Assembly (NCBI RefSeq): GCF_026571515.1
Contig: NW_026864902.1
Coordinates: forward strand, 62,001-126,000
Source: Ruditapes philippinarum
Taxonomy: Eukaryota
Reading direction: 5' to 3'
Length of the DNA: 64,000 bases
Under the pieces are notes generated by a model. That model saw only the letters and a program-made list of their open reading frames with translations. It ran no database searches and had not been told where the DNA came from. The stretch's first letter is position 1; every line of letters starts with the position of its first letter. The position numbers and the translations under genes are program-made. Below, piece after piece: positions 42,300 to 56,116 of this stretch.

Positions 42300-42702
42300 T
42301 CGAACAATTTACATGCTATCAGGTGACCATGACCATGATCATGACCTAGGGTATAATGGACAAAGCCTCTTTGAATATTGTGTATGCGTGCTGCCCATTT
42401 AATGCTTATGTGAAGTTACAGTTAGATATAAGCAAAAGTAACAGAGATATGACAGAATAACAAAGGCTTCTCAGTACAATACATTGGTGACCTTGACATT
42501 CAGTATATAACGTGCACAGCTTCTTCATATACATGTAGATCTACTTTGTATGCATGCTTGTAACGCAAAGTTTATGTAAAGTTGCAGTAAGATGCATGAA
42601 TCAGCAAAAGTAACAGAGATATGACAGAAAAACAAGTTACCAAGAAAACCAATGCATTGGTGGGTAGAATAGCAACCCTATTCTCTGAATAGTGGAGCTA
42701 AA
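42300..42702 (+). mobile_element. Decayed HINE-like element nested in the IS3EU-like element
   Basis: Two cores sharing AGCAAAAGTAACAGAGATATGACAGAA and GGTGACC(T/A)TGAC; 3' hairpin CTATTCTCTGAATAG followed by GAGCTAAAA. Confidence 0.5.
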
Positions 42703-45700
42703 ACTGAAACTCAAGATAATAAAAAAAAACAAACTACTTTCTGAAACTGAATTTATTTTTTTCGAAATTGATTAAAATGTATCCATCTGTTGTTCTACCT
42801 ATATTCTAGGTAATGATGGATTTATCATAATTGTCACAAGTTATAATTAACAAAATTTTATAAACATAATAACATGATATAGGTTCATGAGCTTGAAATA
42901 AAGTCTACAAAGACTTGCTATTTTATATCAAACAAGAACTTCGCGAGTCGGACGTGTCGCCTGACAATAGCATAAACATTTATGTATATAAGCAAATAAG
43001 CAATTAGCAAATAAGCAAATTGGCAAATTGGCAAATCAGCAAATAAGCAAATTGGCAAATAAGCAATTAGCAAATAAGCAATTAATAGTTGGCAAATAAG
43101 CAAAGTGGCATGTCCCTACCGGCATTCCATACTACAATAACTATAATCGGTGTGGACAGAAATTTTATCCAGAATCCCAATTTTGGTATGACAGGTAGTT
43201 GAAAATCATCTGAAATGAAATATTTAATTATATTTATAACATATCAAAATCTATTCAATAATTTCATGATATAAATGTTGACACATTTTTATTTCATACG
43301 GTTTTTCTAATCCTGTTATATGATAAACAATGCTTACAAAGTTTTATCGAGTATGTTCAAAAGAGATACTGAAAGTTGAAACGTTTCTCAAGTCCTTATC
43401 ACAGACTTCATACTATTCAATGAAAGAAAATAGTTCATATTGTCCTTTTAAAAACAAGAAGTTATTATCATTTACATATTTCTGGGGTTTTATTTTCGCT
43501 GTTTACAAACTATTGCATTGACTCCAATATTCTTCATATTTATAATTAAGTTATGATTTTGCACATGAATAACTTTTCCGTTATTACCGAATGGCAAATT
43601 GTATGTAAATAAAACGGATGTCAAGATGGCATTTTTCCGGTAAAAACAATAAACTGATACGTAACGTTAAGTTAAGGTTCCTTTTAAAGTAAGGAAAGCA
43701 AAGACATAATAGAAAAAACATGGTACTGCAAGTGATATGTTAATGTACGATGACGTATTCATTTTTTCGGTATTTTTCTGTACATATAAAACACATATGT
43801 TTCTTCGTAATGTAGTCATCACAGCTAGGAATGTACTAGAGACAACTATTATATATTTAATACAAACAAAGCACTCTTCCATAATTATCCTTAGAGTTGT
43901 TTTTTTTATTATTTTTGTTATATTATTATTCCTTCTTTATTTAGATTACTTTTTTATTGTACGAGATTAATATTACCAGTTGTTTTCCATACAAAAATGT
44001 CCTTCAAATACTTTAAACAACAGATACTTAAAACTGAAAATAATCAATAGGATTTTAGATAAGAGAATAACTTAATTGCAGTCAAAAGATTGTTAAAAAA
44101 CATATGTTGTTTACGAATCATTTTTATCCATTTTGATTGATACATTTATAAATAATGACTTTTCTGCTTGTCATTATCAATTTGGTCTGCAATATTAGTT
44201 GATTGACACAAATTATGTTATTAAAAGTCTTCTCTAAAATGGTTGCATTTCATTTAATAAACTTTATAACGCTTCTCCGGTTTCTTTTTGCCTCGCCGGT
44301 TTTTGGCAAATTCAACCCCTATTTTACGCGCTTTAAAAAAATGAAAACTATCTTAAATTGTCATATTTACTTAAAGGTTTAAAAGTTAATATGTTTTGTT
44401 TTTCTATCTTTAATTCTTATTTGTAAAAGTGCATTTGAAGTTGGCCATGGGAAAGTGTGTTTTGCCATGGCATGCCGGTATTTTGCCATCAAGATATGCT
44501 GGTAATATAATAAATGAATCTTACGCTAATGTGGGAAAATCGACCTTGAAGATACGTTAATACTTTCCAGTAAGAAGCCTACAAAGTTACATGTCTTGAT
44601 TGAAAAAGAAAAAAAATGATGTCTAAACAATTTTAAAAAAGAGTCAAGGTGGTTAAAGTACGAACGGCACAATGAAGATATATATTTACAATGGTGTAGA
44701 CAATATTTTATATTAAGGGTCTTCAATGTGTGTAATTTTTATAAATTTTTATAACAGTGGGTATAAAACGATTTGGAAACAATTAAAATGTGTTGGTAAT
44801 TTAAGACATCAAATTATAAATAGTGTTCGTAATTAATTGGAGAAGAAATCTTGTGTGATACCATATAATCTCCAAAATAATTCAATTTAAGAGATACTAT
44901 AGTCGTAGATTATTAGAGATATAGCTGATAACCCGGTCAAAGCATTTCCTGGTAATGGGAAATAGACATTAATGACTTAAATCGGGCCACAAGTTGAACG
45001 GACTCTTAAAGTTATTTGTTTCTTCTTTGTATGCATTACAATTGCAAGATATTTATTCATTTCGTTTCAATGTCAATGCATATAATGTATGACGCCCTTA
45101 AATAGATGGAAACTGTTTAAACCCAGTATGTTATGGTTTGCATATAACTATACATGAATTTTAAATTGATGTAAAACGTTATCACGGTAGTTAATCTTGA
45201 AGGTATGATGTTGTTACACACGGTTTGTCAATAAAATGTTTGAGAAAAGACCGGACTTGGTTTCGTTCATAATTTGTATATGTGTACTTTTAACTCCAAT
45301 GAAAGTGTTTTTAAAAATATGGCATGAAAGTCACTATTATATGGGCGTCAACACCTAACTCATTATGATTTGCATCATATAAACTGGTTAAATAAAAGCT
45401 GCGATATCAACTTATTATTGAATGATCTATTTTTTGTATCAGATAAGTTTCCTTCATTTATGTTATCAATGTTAAGAAATAATATTACATGCATATTGAA
45501 AGATAAAAATGTAATGTAGACAATTCAATTGACACAATCACTCCAATGCTATATAACCGTTTAAACAAAAATGTTTCTCGTGTTAAACATATTTTAAATT
45601 TAAGAGTTATTCAAGACAATTGTATTATTTTTGTTTTGAGAAAGTAAACATGCCACCTTTTTCATCAGTATGGATTGAAAGAAAATTAACTCCAGTACAA

Positions 45701-47019
45701 GAAATTTCAAATCAATATGAAACTAAACATTCTTCTCGGTTGTAAAGCAAATTATGTTTTTCAACAATAACAAAGTACCTTACTGGTTTAAATGGTGTAT
45801 CTTAAATGATGCAGGAGATCATAAAAATATAGCTATTAAACACACTTTAATAGATATGACATTGAAATGACGGAAAACATGTTTGATTTATATATTTTAA
45901 ATCTAAGTTTACGTAATACATTGAACGTATGGTGTTGTTGAACACGTTTTGTCAGTGAATTATTAAAAAAAGACCTGATTTGGCTTTAAACTTAATTTGT
46001 AAAGGTGTACTTTTAACTTCAATAAAATGCTTTCGTTATCAAATCAAATATTAAGTAGATTTTAATTTATAGATATAACGTGAAAGTCAATATAATATGG
46101 GTGTCAACACCTAACACATTATGATTCGTATCATAAACACCGGTTAAATAAAGGCTGTGACAGACGCGATATCAACTTATTATTGAATGACTGATTAATT
46201 TTATTACCGTCATTTATGTTATCGATGTTACGTATATTAGTACATGCATATTGAAAGACAAAAAATGCAGTGTACACAATTAAATTGACACTATCCCCTC
46301 CAATGCCATATAACCGTTAAAAGAAAAATATGTTTAATAAACTTATAGTAGACAGTTGTTTAATTTTTGTTTTGCGAAGTCAACATGCCACCTTTGTATG
46401 GATTAAAAGAAAATTAACACCGCTATATAAATTTCAAATCAATATGAAACTATACATTCTTCTTAATTGTAGAGCAGATTATCAATTCCAACAATTACAA
46501 TGTACCTTACTGGATTCAATAGTCTTAATAATCTTAAATCGATGCAGAAGATCACAAAAAGAGCTATATACCACACTTTAACAGATATGACATTGAAATG
46601 ACGGAAAGCATGTTTGATTTACATATATTAAATCTAAGATAATTGTCTATGGATAAAGTACAAAATGCCTTATAAAAGGAAATAAAACTTTAAGACTGTC
46701 ACATTACTGTTAATATTGACAGACGTATTTTAACGATTAGATTCTAGTAGACAGATGTTTCTATTTAATATGACATTGAAATGACGGAAAACATCTTTGA
46801 TTTATATATTTTAAATCTACGTTTACTTAATTGTCTAAGGATAAAGTACAAGGAAATAAAACTTAAAGACTGTCACATTACTGTTAATATTGACGGAAGT
46901 ATTTTAACGATTAGATTCTAGTAGACAGATGTTTCTGTATAAGTACAATCTAAACAAAGTCTCATAATAGCATAGTTATCAATTAGTTCATGTAGAATAA
47001 TTGTTATATAATTGACATG

Positions 47020-47023
<4 letters not shown>

Positions 47024-47056
<33 letters not shown>

Positions 47057-47086
47057 GAATAATAATATTATTATTAACAATAATAA
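47024..47086 (+). repeat. (AAT)n microsatellite
   Basis: Direct reading. Confidence 0.95.
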
Positions 47087-50000
47087 CAAAAAGGGTCAAT
47101 ATTTAACTAACAAATGACGAAATGCTTACAAGTTATATAACGTCAAAGTTATAAAATTGATAATTGGGAGCATAAACCATCCCAGTCAATGGATATGACC
47201 TACTTTTCCATTTTAACATATATCATCCATTAGGTCCGAATAATTCTCTTTTTTCACCATGATGATGATTGTAAAATATATACATTTGTTTTTGTTGGTG
47301 ATTTTTCTGTCGTAAATAGTGTAAAAGTAAAGCAATATGCTTGATAAATAAATTGCAACATTGTTTTTTTTTTATTTTTTGTTATGTTGATATGTTTTAA
47401 TAAAACGGATGTTATCACAATACTATTATACAGACTAAGTCATCAAATTAAATGTACTTTACGTAATTATAATTATAATTAAAAACACATCACTAAAAAT
47501 AACATAACATATGTCTTATTCATTATAACAATTGGTGTGCGAAAAATCGTCAAATATCGTTTTTAAATTAATTGGGAAAGAGATGAATTTAATGGGACTA
47601 TTGCTGATATTGAAACATAATAGCATACCATCTTTAGACAAAGGTTTTTGATTTATTTCCTTGATGAACAAAGAATAAATCTGAGTAAACGTACCTTCTT
47701 CACCAATATTACATAAAATATATGAATAAATACGTTATCTGACTTAACGAAAGTAATCTTGTAATGACCTTTTCAATCAGCAGAGATTACCAAACACTTA
47801 ATCACGTTTAATGAATCGGGCAAACATAAAATCGTATCCGCCTTATATCAAAGATAGTGTTGACAAAGTAAACACTTTACATATTTAAATGATATATCTA
47901 AAATCGATGAAACACCTTTAACAGATAACATTGAAAAATGGCAAGTGTTTTTGATTGACAGTTCATATTATCAGAGTTCATTGAAACAAATAATCAAGTT
48001 TTCTAAAATGTGATCTTAAGCGTTGACATGTCAAAACGTTAAGATTCAGAAATACGATCTTGTTAATATTAGACGGAATATTCAGACAGCCAGAATGATG
48101 TTTCAAATTCTATAGCAGAATCATGCAATTTGCTTGTACAATATGCAGATAAAGGTTGATGACCCTAGATACATTCACAGACACTTGAGGAGATCCAAAT
48201 GCGTTAAAATCTAAATAAATTGTATTGTCAATCTTAGCACTTATACTTGTCATATATATATAAATAAAACTTTACTTAAACAAAAATCATATTTCAAAGT
48301 AGATAAAAATGTTTCCTGAAAAGAGAAACTCTCCTTCAAAATCACTTGTCATTTTATTCCATTTCTAATATTCTCACAAATCACCGCTCTTATCCTTATG
48401 TCCATCGACGCTGTACGTTTTCTTTACGATCGTTGTCAATTTTACACTTCATCTTCGATATAAACAGCACAATATTCGAAATAAACATAAAAACTACCTC
48501 TGTTTTGCACCATTTACAAAATCTTTTGGCTAATTCAGACGTGACTCTCGAGTTTGTCATATTCAAATGCGTCAAGCTTGAACCTTGGGTATTAGCCTGA
48601 CTTTGGGAATATGCTGGTTCCCACTGTCAAAGTGCACCGCATTGGAATATTGGAAATTGCACTATGTAAAAGTGCTTTGTTCTAAATTAGACACGTATTA
48701 AACATTGCTTGTTATTATCTTGTTTGTTTTTGACAAATACCCCGTTTTGCCATGTGTTGTACTGTTCATTTAAAAAACAAAAGGCAAGTATAATGAAATG
48801 ATTTTAGACTTTGTCCAATATCTAAAATACTAGTACCGACGAAATATTTTTGATACGAATATTCGAAACACGACAGAAAGTTTCATCATGCTTTAAATAA
48901 AGACTGAGTCTTTCTGCGATGTACTTACACGAGAATTGACTTTTTATGTAAAATAGTTTTTGTTTCTAAGAAAATCCAGAAAAGTAATGTAGAAATTTGT
49001 TAATAAACTGTATCAAATTTATATAACCGAAAATAGCTTAACTTATTTTACATAAAATGATTTCTAAAATGATCTGAGCTGGATGGTTTTTTAACGATTG
49101 AGAAACGCTTACAAAATGTAAAGTTTATTGTTTTAGGTGTATCTAAATTTGACCAAAACAATTACTTCTGTTTAACTTGTTTACATGTTAGAAGCCTATA
49201 TCGAAAATATCCTTTATATTAAAAGGTATTTAACTTGAAAAAACAGTGTTATCAATGATACATTAAATAAGCTTAATCTGGAATAAACACGCCAAATAAA
49301 ACTACATGAAGTACTCACCAGACATTAACTATAAATAGATATAAATCCTTACACGCTATTCTTACTTCAGACAATAATACAGAATGTATACATAATTGAT
49401 ATTTATTATATTCGGCTTCAGTGCATAATATGTCTGCCAGTTATGGTTACGCAATCACTAAAATCACTGGCCTTACAGAATTCTCTTGATTTAGATAAAT
49501 ACATAATCCCATTGGTTTTGCAATCGGTTGTCGACGTAGCCAGTTAGATAATTTTAGACATTTTACTTTAAATAATTCTAACCAGAGATATTCATACTCG
49601 TAACAATGTAATAACAAATCTTATCCCAATAGTAAATAAGACTTATGACTTTAATAAATGTCTTGTCTCTGTTAGGAATTTATTTAATCTTCTTAGATTT
49701 AAGCTTCTGCTATATGCCTATAGTGCTATTTGACAGTGGGAACCAGCATATTCCCGAATGGTTTCGATTATAGCCAGGCTAGTTCAAGGTTCAAGCTTGA
49801 CGCATTTGAATACGACAAAGCCATGTTCGTTAAGTTTAATACATAATATTTCTGGCGTTGACGTAAATCGTAGCTGAACGCTATACTAACTTGTATGTTA
49901 ATGCCCAGCCGCCCCTCCCCAAACAAAAAGGTAAATTTAACCCCAATTGGGATAAATACTGATTTTAAAGTTTTTATTGTACTATGTTATTATAACAATG

Positions 50001-51029
50001 GTTCCGAACGAACCGTATTTGAAAATGTAAGACGCTGATAACAAAAATGAAACGATTAAGACTGCTGAAAATGATTGACGTGGAAGCAAATATAATTATA
50101 ATGACAATCATGACATGACCAAAATAGATAGGTGTGGCATCTGTAAACGTCTTCTAATAACTTTATCATTATTTGATAGAACCTATCTAACAACCATCCG
50201 CATATATCTGTAAAAAATACAATTTTAAAAATTTCAGCAGCTTTACATGAATACTATCACAAATATGTGCAGCCGAGGACAAATTAAAACAAATGATTTG
50301 CAGAAAGCACAGTAATAACGGAAATGAAGCCATACACATTAATTCGATGAACGAGATGAACTTTTAACAATATTTTGTTATTTCCTATATACTTATGCCT
50401 ATAAGTCTCGCTGGTCCATTTATACAGGATCTCGCTACTTTATTTTCTTCATTTAATAGTTCTGGTTAATTTGTTTTAAATACTCAATCACAACGTATTT
50501 CCTCATTCAACTTCTCTCAAATTATGCCCCCAGTGGTCTTGAACTGATCTGTTCAGACATTTGCCGAACATTTCAGCCAAAGCTTTTATAAATAATTGAT
50601 ATTGTTAAAAAATGACCAAAACAAATGCAGAGATTCGCCAAAACATTAAAATCAAGGTTTCTATGAATAATTGCTATTTTTCTCTTAAACCAACATGACC
50701 AACATAGATGACTACTTTTTTCGATGTGTTACCAATAGATTTAAATACCTTTTTATCAAAACAATATTTTTTATTAACGCCTTGTAATACTATCAATTAC
50801 TGTAATAACTTACGTTTTGTTTCTCTTATCTCATCTCTTTCTAGTATGCCGGGTGTGTACAAGTGTTAATTCGTGTATTGCATGTTCATTGTTTAGTACG
50901 TTTACAAATGTCATATAAATAAAACAGTATAGTATTACGCAAATACATAATTCAAGGGAAATACCGTAATACATGTATCATATAAAATTTGTATTATTAA
51001 TAAGTATAATTTTAAAGATAAGTAACTGC

Positions 51030-51652
51030 TAATGCTCAACTTGTGCTTCAGCGTTACGCAGTCAATGACGGTTACTGCTTCTCAAAGTTATGTCCATCAC
51101 TATTTTTTTATACCACTTTTAACACTAATGATCGTGTAATTTTCTTTTCTCTGTTCCTCTGCTGATTTTTATCAAATGGTTTTGTACATGTTGTAGGTGT
51201 CTTTTCCAAATTACAAAAAAAATAAAATATGATCGTGCGATTTTCTAATTACCACGTGTCTGTCATTTTCCCGTTGAAAAGAATAAAGGCGTCTGGCGTT
51301 TCTAGCGATATCAACAAAACTAAACAAAAATGACGTCCATTTTTTAAAGAATTACTTAAATGACATCATAGAAGAAACATGCGATTTTCAGCGGGTTTTC
51401 TACGTTAATTGTTTAGTTTTTAGCAAGAAATATACGATGACTTACTGCGCTATTCTACCATTCGACGGGTGCCGTGTATGTGCTTATTTAAAAGCAATAT
51501 AAAATTATTATTTGATGACACTATTAACTATTCCTTTCAAAATGTTTTGATAATATTCTAAAATGTATGCTGATAAATTTTCATTACAATACACGTTGAC
51601 GTTCAAGAGATATTTAAAAAGTCCACGATTTTTTTTAATAACCCCTGGTATA
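51030..51652. mobile_element. Arm-B-specific insertion with a Tc1/mariner-like end
   Basis: Absent at the paralogous position (~14880). The right end reads TA|TACCAGGGGTTATTAAAAAAAATCGTGGAC on the minus strand. No partner TIR found. Confidence 0.4.
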
Positions 51653-51747
51653 TTACAGCTTTTAAAAATATTATGGGGTATACAAATTACAATCACGAAA
51701 TAGCAATTTTACAATTTTACAATACTACAGAAGAGTTCCTATACCTT

Positions 51748-51902
51748 ACGGAACGTCAGTGAATCTACTCAGGTACCCGTTCGTGCCTGAAATTATGCAC
51801 GGAAGGGCACCTGAGGTCTTCCTCCACCAGTAAAGCTGAAACGACGCTATATGACCTATACTGTGTCGGTGTGACGTAAACCCCAATAAAAAAAACAAAC
51901 AT
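51748..51902 (+). mobile_element. 5'-truncated bivalve-type SINE with 12-bp TSD
   Basis: Body GCACGGAAGGGCACCTGAGGTCTTCCTCCACCAG...TGTGTCGGTGTGACGTAAACCCC plus A-rich tail. TSD TTCCTATACCTT (51736-51747) / TTCCTACACCTT (51903-51914). Absent at ~14935. Confidence 0.85.
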
Positions 51903-54900
51903 TTCCTACACCTTCACACAAAGCTATTTAGTTTTTCTAGTACTTTTGATCTTCACAGGATCAATATGTTAGGGTTGCGCATTGAAATGTGGAAATGAGA
52001 CGAAAATCTGTATGAAATAGATCATATTATTCCTCTATATATTTCATGTTGATTGTAATTTGAACAAAACTGCAAAGAGGACATAACAAATAATGATATA
52101 TTGGATAATGATGCAAGTTTCTAATGTTTGAAATTTAAAATGAATGTTTTATACTATATAGAAAACTAACAAGGTTCTATCGAGCCGGTTCCTTGAAATT
52201 TGTTTATTGAGTGCCCGCAAGTAAATATTTCCCTCTTTTTTATTGTTGGCCTTCTATGCGCCGTACTGATTGTTCTTTGAGACTAGGTATTGTTAGGGAC
52301 TGCGTCAATGAACTTTACTTCTTCGTTGATGTTTTCTGACGTATTTGAAGTATAAACGCTACTGTAAACTCATAAATAAAATTAAATTGCTTAGTACAGA
52401 TTCTTAGTATAGACATTTACTCGTCTAAAATAACAGGATAAAGGCATAATCCTCATTTGATAAGAGGATTAAACGGTTAAAATATCGTTTATATTTAGAT
52501 GTATGTAAAAGGCTCTAAATTCTTCTGCATACACGATTTTGTTGTTTTTCTAATCTAATTATAAAAAAATGAGAATGAACATGTTTGCCAATGGTACATG
52601 TTTATGGTTAATTTTATACCTGTTTATATATTTTTTACATGATGCATGAAAACGAATTACAGACAAAATCATGTATCATACTCGAGTAACTGTCGTTATT
52701 GTAATGCGCCATGGTTTAAAAGATATAAAATAATACATGCTATCATAGGCGTATTTTGAGTCAATCATAATCTTCAGATGTATCTAGCATTTGTAATCAA
52801 TTATTATACACTAATAACAAAAGTTTAGATGTAAGAAACAACAAATTATTATATGACCTCGAAGTCGACAAAGCGGATCTGAGGTAGTGTATAGATAAAT
52901 AAGACGATGTTTATGTTACTGTTTTGCATTTCTTCTTTTTAAAATCAGCAAAGGGCTTAATATTTGTTTCGGGGGTTTTTGTATTTTGGGACCGAGCGAG
53001 GGTATCTAAATTGGATTTTAAAAACTTTTTTAGATTTTTTACCGGTCTTTTTTTTATGATAGTAGGGAAAATGGGGGTTATAATTTTATAGGGGGTTTTC
53101 AAAGTTTACCCAAAATGCTTTCCGCATGTTTAAACCCAAAAGGGGTAATGATAAAATTAAAGCTCTTCTGGATAAGGAATACATGGTTATAGTGTTAGTG
53201 TGATCATGCTTATCTCTAAATGTCATTATAGATATACCTAAAAGCCCTTGTATTAATAAGGCTCGGGCCAGTATGAATTTTCTGGGTTTTTAGGGTTGAA
53301 ACAAGGGGTAACGTGACAGAACAATTGTATAGCTATATCATCATTATCAATGCTATTGATTCCTTCTCTTGTAAACAAAAGCCAGATGAGCATCATCGCA
53401 TAACAATGAAATATCCAATACTTTTATATAATAATATCAACTAATTTAGCACAAACTCTAACCCATCAAGCAATGTGTATAGAGACAATTATGATGTCAG
53501 GAATTGTTACACTTTATAAGTGCAGTAAAATAGCTTCATGATGTTCATTATTCGATTGATGACAGGAACAAATTAATGCAACAAAAGATTCATGAACAGC
53601 GTAATTGTTTTCAAGTCGACAAATTGTACAAAGAAGGAGCAACTATAATTGCCATTATAATAATTAAATCAATCCTTTTCTTTCTTGTTAGAACACATGT
53701 AAAATAACAGTTATAACTTAATTCTAATAACAGAATTCATAAGCAGCAGCATTCGTGAATATCGTGACAGTTCTTGTTAAGATAGAACTAATGAAATAAT
53801 GTAAGTTTGAATACTTTGAATCATATAACATAACGAATCTCGTAAATGTATCTTTATATGATTTCTTAACATTTAATGTTTATTTCTAAAGTGTATGTGT
53901 CATCATTTAGAAAATGTATCAGCAACAGTCATGCCAACAATCAACTACAGCCTGTATTACGTAACGTGTACCAAGCAGAAATTAATACTTGACAATTACA
54001 ATTATATTAAAATGATTGCTATTTGGACTGAAAAAGAACCCTTGCTTTGGATAATTTCTATAAGTCTTTATTAAAACCCAAAAAATACACGAAGTAATAT
54101 TTGCTTATAACTTGTGTTGGTAAGGGAAATGTTTATATGTACAAGTCATTTTCGTATTATTAGTTACAATGTATAAAGATTGTTGTCTTTATAATAATTA
54201 TGTTTATATTGCTCACAATAATCGGTTATTTGATTGTACAGCGGCTCGGGTTATACCGTTTACAACATTTTAAACACGGTCATATTACATGTCAAAAATC
54301 TTCAGCACAAATCTATAATACAGGACAACTCCTTACATGCCGTGGATTAACAGAAGAAATCGGTAAACGACGATTAATACCTGCAGTAGTGTACAATGTA
54401 ACATAGTTATGTAATGTTTATGATAATTATTAAAACACTGGCACAAAATCATTAAACATTTATCATGTTATGGTTATTAGATGTTGAAATAATGTGATTT
54501 CATCAAGTTGTATTATAATCTGATGAATTCAAAAAATAATTTTATTTAATTGTATCTTAGTATCAGTAACAAAGCCATAATATAGAGTTGTATGATGTTC
54601 TATTTTAACTCCAGGCCCACACAAGATAACATCAAACTCTATATGAATAAGACGTTCTATATCGTTTGGATTAGATTTAAAATAATAACAAAAAAGGCCA
54701 ATGCTACCTTTCGCATTTAAATATGTGATAAAGTACAGCAATACCATCTTTTCTTAGTAGAATTGAGGAAATTTTACCTGATATTGGCTGTTAAATCTGA
54801 TAAGTGCATCAGCACCTGGTTGAGATTGTTACTAGGAAATTAAGAACAGCATCCAGACATAACACATGACAATAACAAACTTTGTCTGTGTTTGCTAGGC

Positions 54901-55950
54901 TCTGGGGCCATCTTTTTGACATAATATGGTAACTGAACTCAAATAAAAGTAGTAATATATAACATAATAATTAAGCAGATTTATTGCGACGCTGACTCAT
55001 TCATCTCAAACTTATTGGTTTTTATTTCGTGTCTATCACCCAACAGCTGTGTATAATAAGTTGTATAATAAGTTTTTGCAATTCTGAACGCAATTAGGGA
55101 CGAAATTGTTATGTGGGAGATCTTTTGACTTTATTTCCTTATTGAAAAAACATTACAATGTTCTTTGTAATAAATAATAATGGAACGGCTTAAAATATTT
55201 ATAATAATCGTTTTCTTGACTTTTCATAATTCCTTGTGAACAGACACAATAAAACAATTTTCTGTCGAAAAAAAAAAACAACAAAGGCAACGTTTCCGGA
55301 TTGTCTTAAAGTGTTCTATAAGGTTCGACGCTTAGTATTGTACAAATACAACAACAAAAAAAGCAGACAAACATGAACACAAACACAAAGAAAAAAACTA
55401 CGGCAACGTTATGAGGAAGTGGACATGTGATGGTTGAGTGGTTTAATGTAAGTCATAAATTTTCTCTACATTCGTGTCATTTAATTTCTATAAGTACTAT
55501 AAATCTCTTACATTTAGTGTTTACGTATATTTCGTACAAATTCGCTGAAGAATTTTCTTTATATCACAAACAACCTTCGAAAGGATAAATGCAGATCTTT
55601 CAAGACGCTTAACATTTATTCATTATGTATGTACGTTTTAAAGAAACTTCACTGACAAAACTGGATGATCTATTAAATGTATCAGAAAATTATACTTAAT
55701 ATATTAATGTAATGCATGAAAAGCAAAATAATATCACATGGTGATACACGTGAGTTCTTAACATATTCAATTACAAACAAGATTAAAGCAAATTGAATAC
55801 AAAGTATAAAATATGTCCATCATGACAACTTGTCCTTGCTCAATAAATGAGACTGAGGGTTTTATAAGCACAACAAGAAAACACATCAATATCAATATCA
55901 CTGTTTATTCCTTGTTTAACTTAGTGTATGGGAACATCAAAAATTATTTC

Positions 55951-56087
55951 NNNNNNNNNNNNNNNNNNNNNNNNNNNNNNNNNNNNNNNNNNNNNNNNNN
56001 NNNNNNNNNNNNNNNNNNNNNNNNNNNNNNNNNNNNNNNNNNNNNNNNNNNNNNNNNNNNNNNNNNNNNNNNNNNNNNNNNNNNNNN
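55951..56087. other. Assembly gap (137 N)
   Basis: Run of N. The equivalent interval in arm A is ~1.1 kb (about 17680-18810). Confidence 1.
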
Positions 56088-56116
56088 AAAATAGACATGT
56101 ACCAAATATTCCTTAC

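Larger units (their letters stand above)
41175..43131. mobile_element. Non-autonomous DNA transposon, IS3EU-like (TAY...RTA ends, 6-bp TSD)
   Basis: TIR TATGGAATGCCGGTAGGGACATGCCA / TGGCATGTCCCTACCGGCATTCCATA. Subterminal short repeats (TTGCTTAT/TTGCCAAT) at 41203-41385 and 42990-43103. TSD CTTCAA (41169-41174) / CTACAA (43132-43137). Confidence 0.9.
40322..43209 (-). pseudogene. Class A (rhodopsin-like) GPCR pseudogene, FMRFamide/sex-peptide-receptor-like group
   Basis: After removing 41175-43131 and one TSD, the exon (acceptor TTTCATTTCAG at 43210) reads DFQLPVIPKLGFWIKFLSTPIIVIVGIVGNLLSFLVM (TM1), YLCALTVFDT (TM2), CKVF...SWLVVIMAVERVIAVCFPFKK (TM3), TM4, VFVLPIVFIIICNSIV (TM5), MLLIVTFMHILTLFP (TM6). 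Lesions: extra A in the run at 40863-40869, TAG at 40791-40793, no TM7, TGA at 40349-40351. Confidence 0.92.

Noticed and set aside
41203-43103. Hydrophobic ORFs MLICQLL... at 41203 and 42918
   Set aside because: Read-through of the transposon's subterminal short repeats.
34677-43209. Ligand-receptor pairing between the small secreted family and the adjacent GPCR
   Set aside because: Only proximity supports it; the GPCR is not part of the duplicated units and both are decayed.
4859-46581. Matching ORFs 4859-5062 and 46330-46581
   Set aside because: Similarity reflects recent DNA duplication; the frame is broken in the arm A copy (~10080-10300).
52900-53170. Homopolymer-laden tract with Lys/Thr-rich ORF
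   Set aside because: Aligns loosely to ordinary sequence at 16050-16260 with bases converted into runs; looks like a sequencing artefact.
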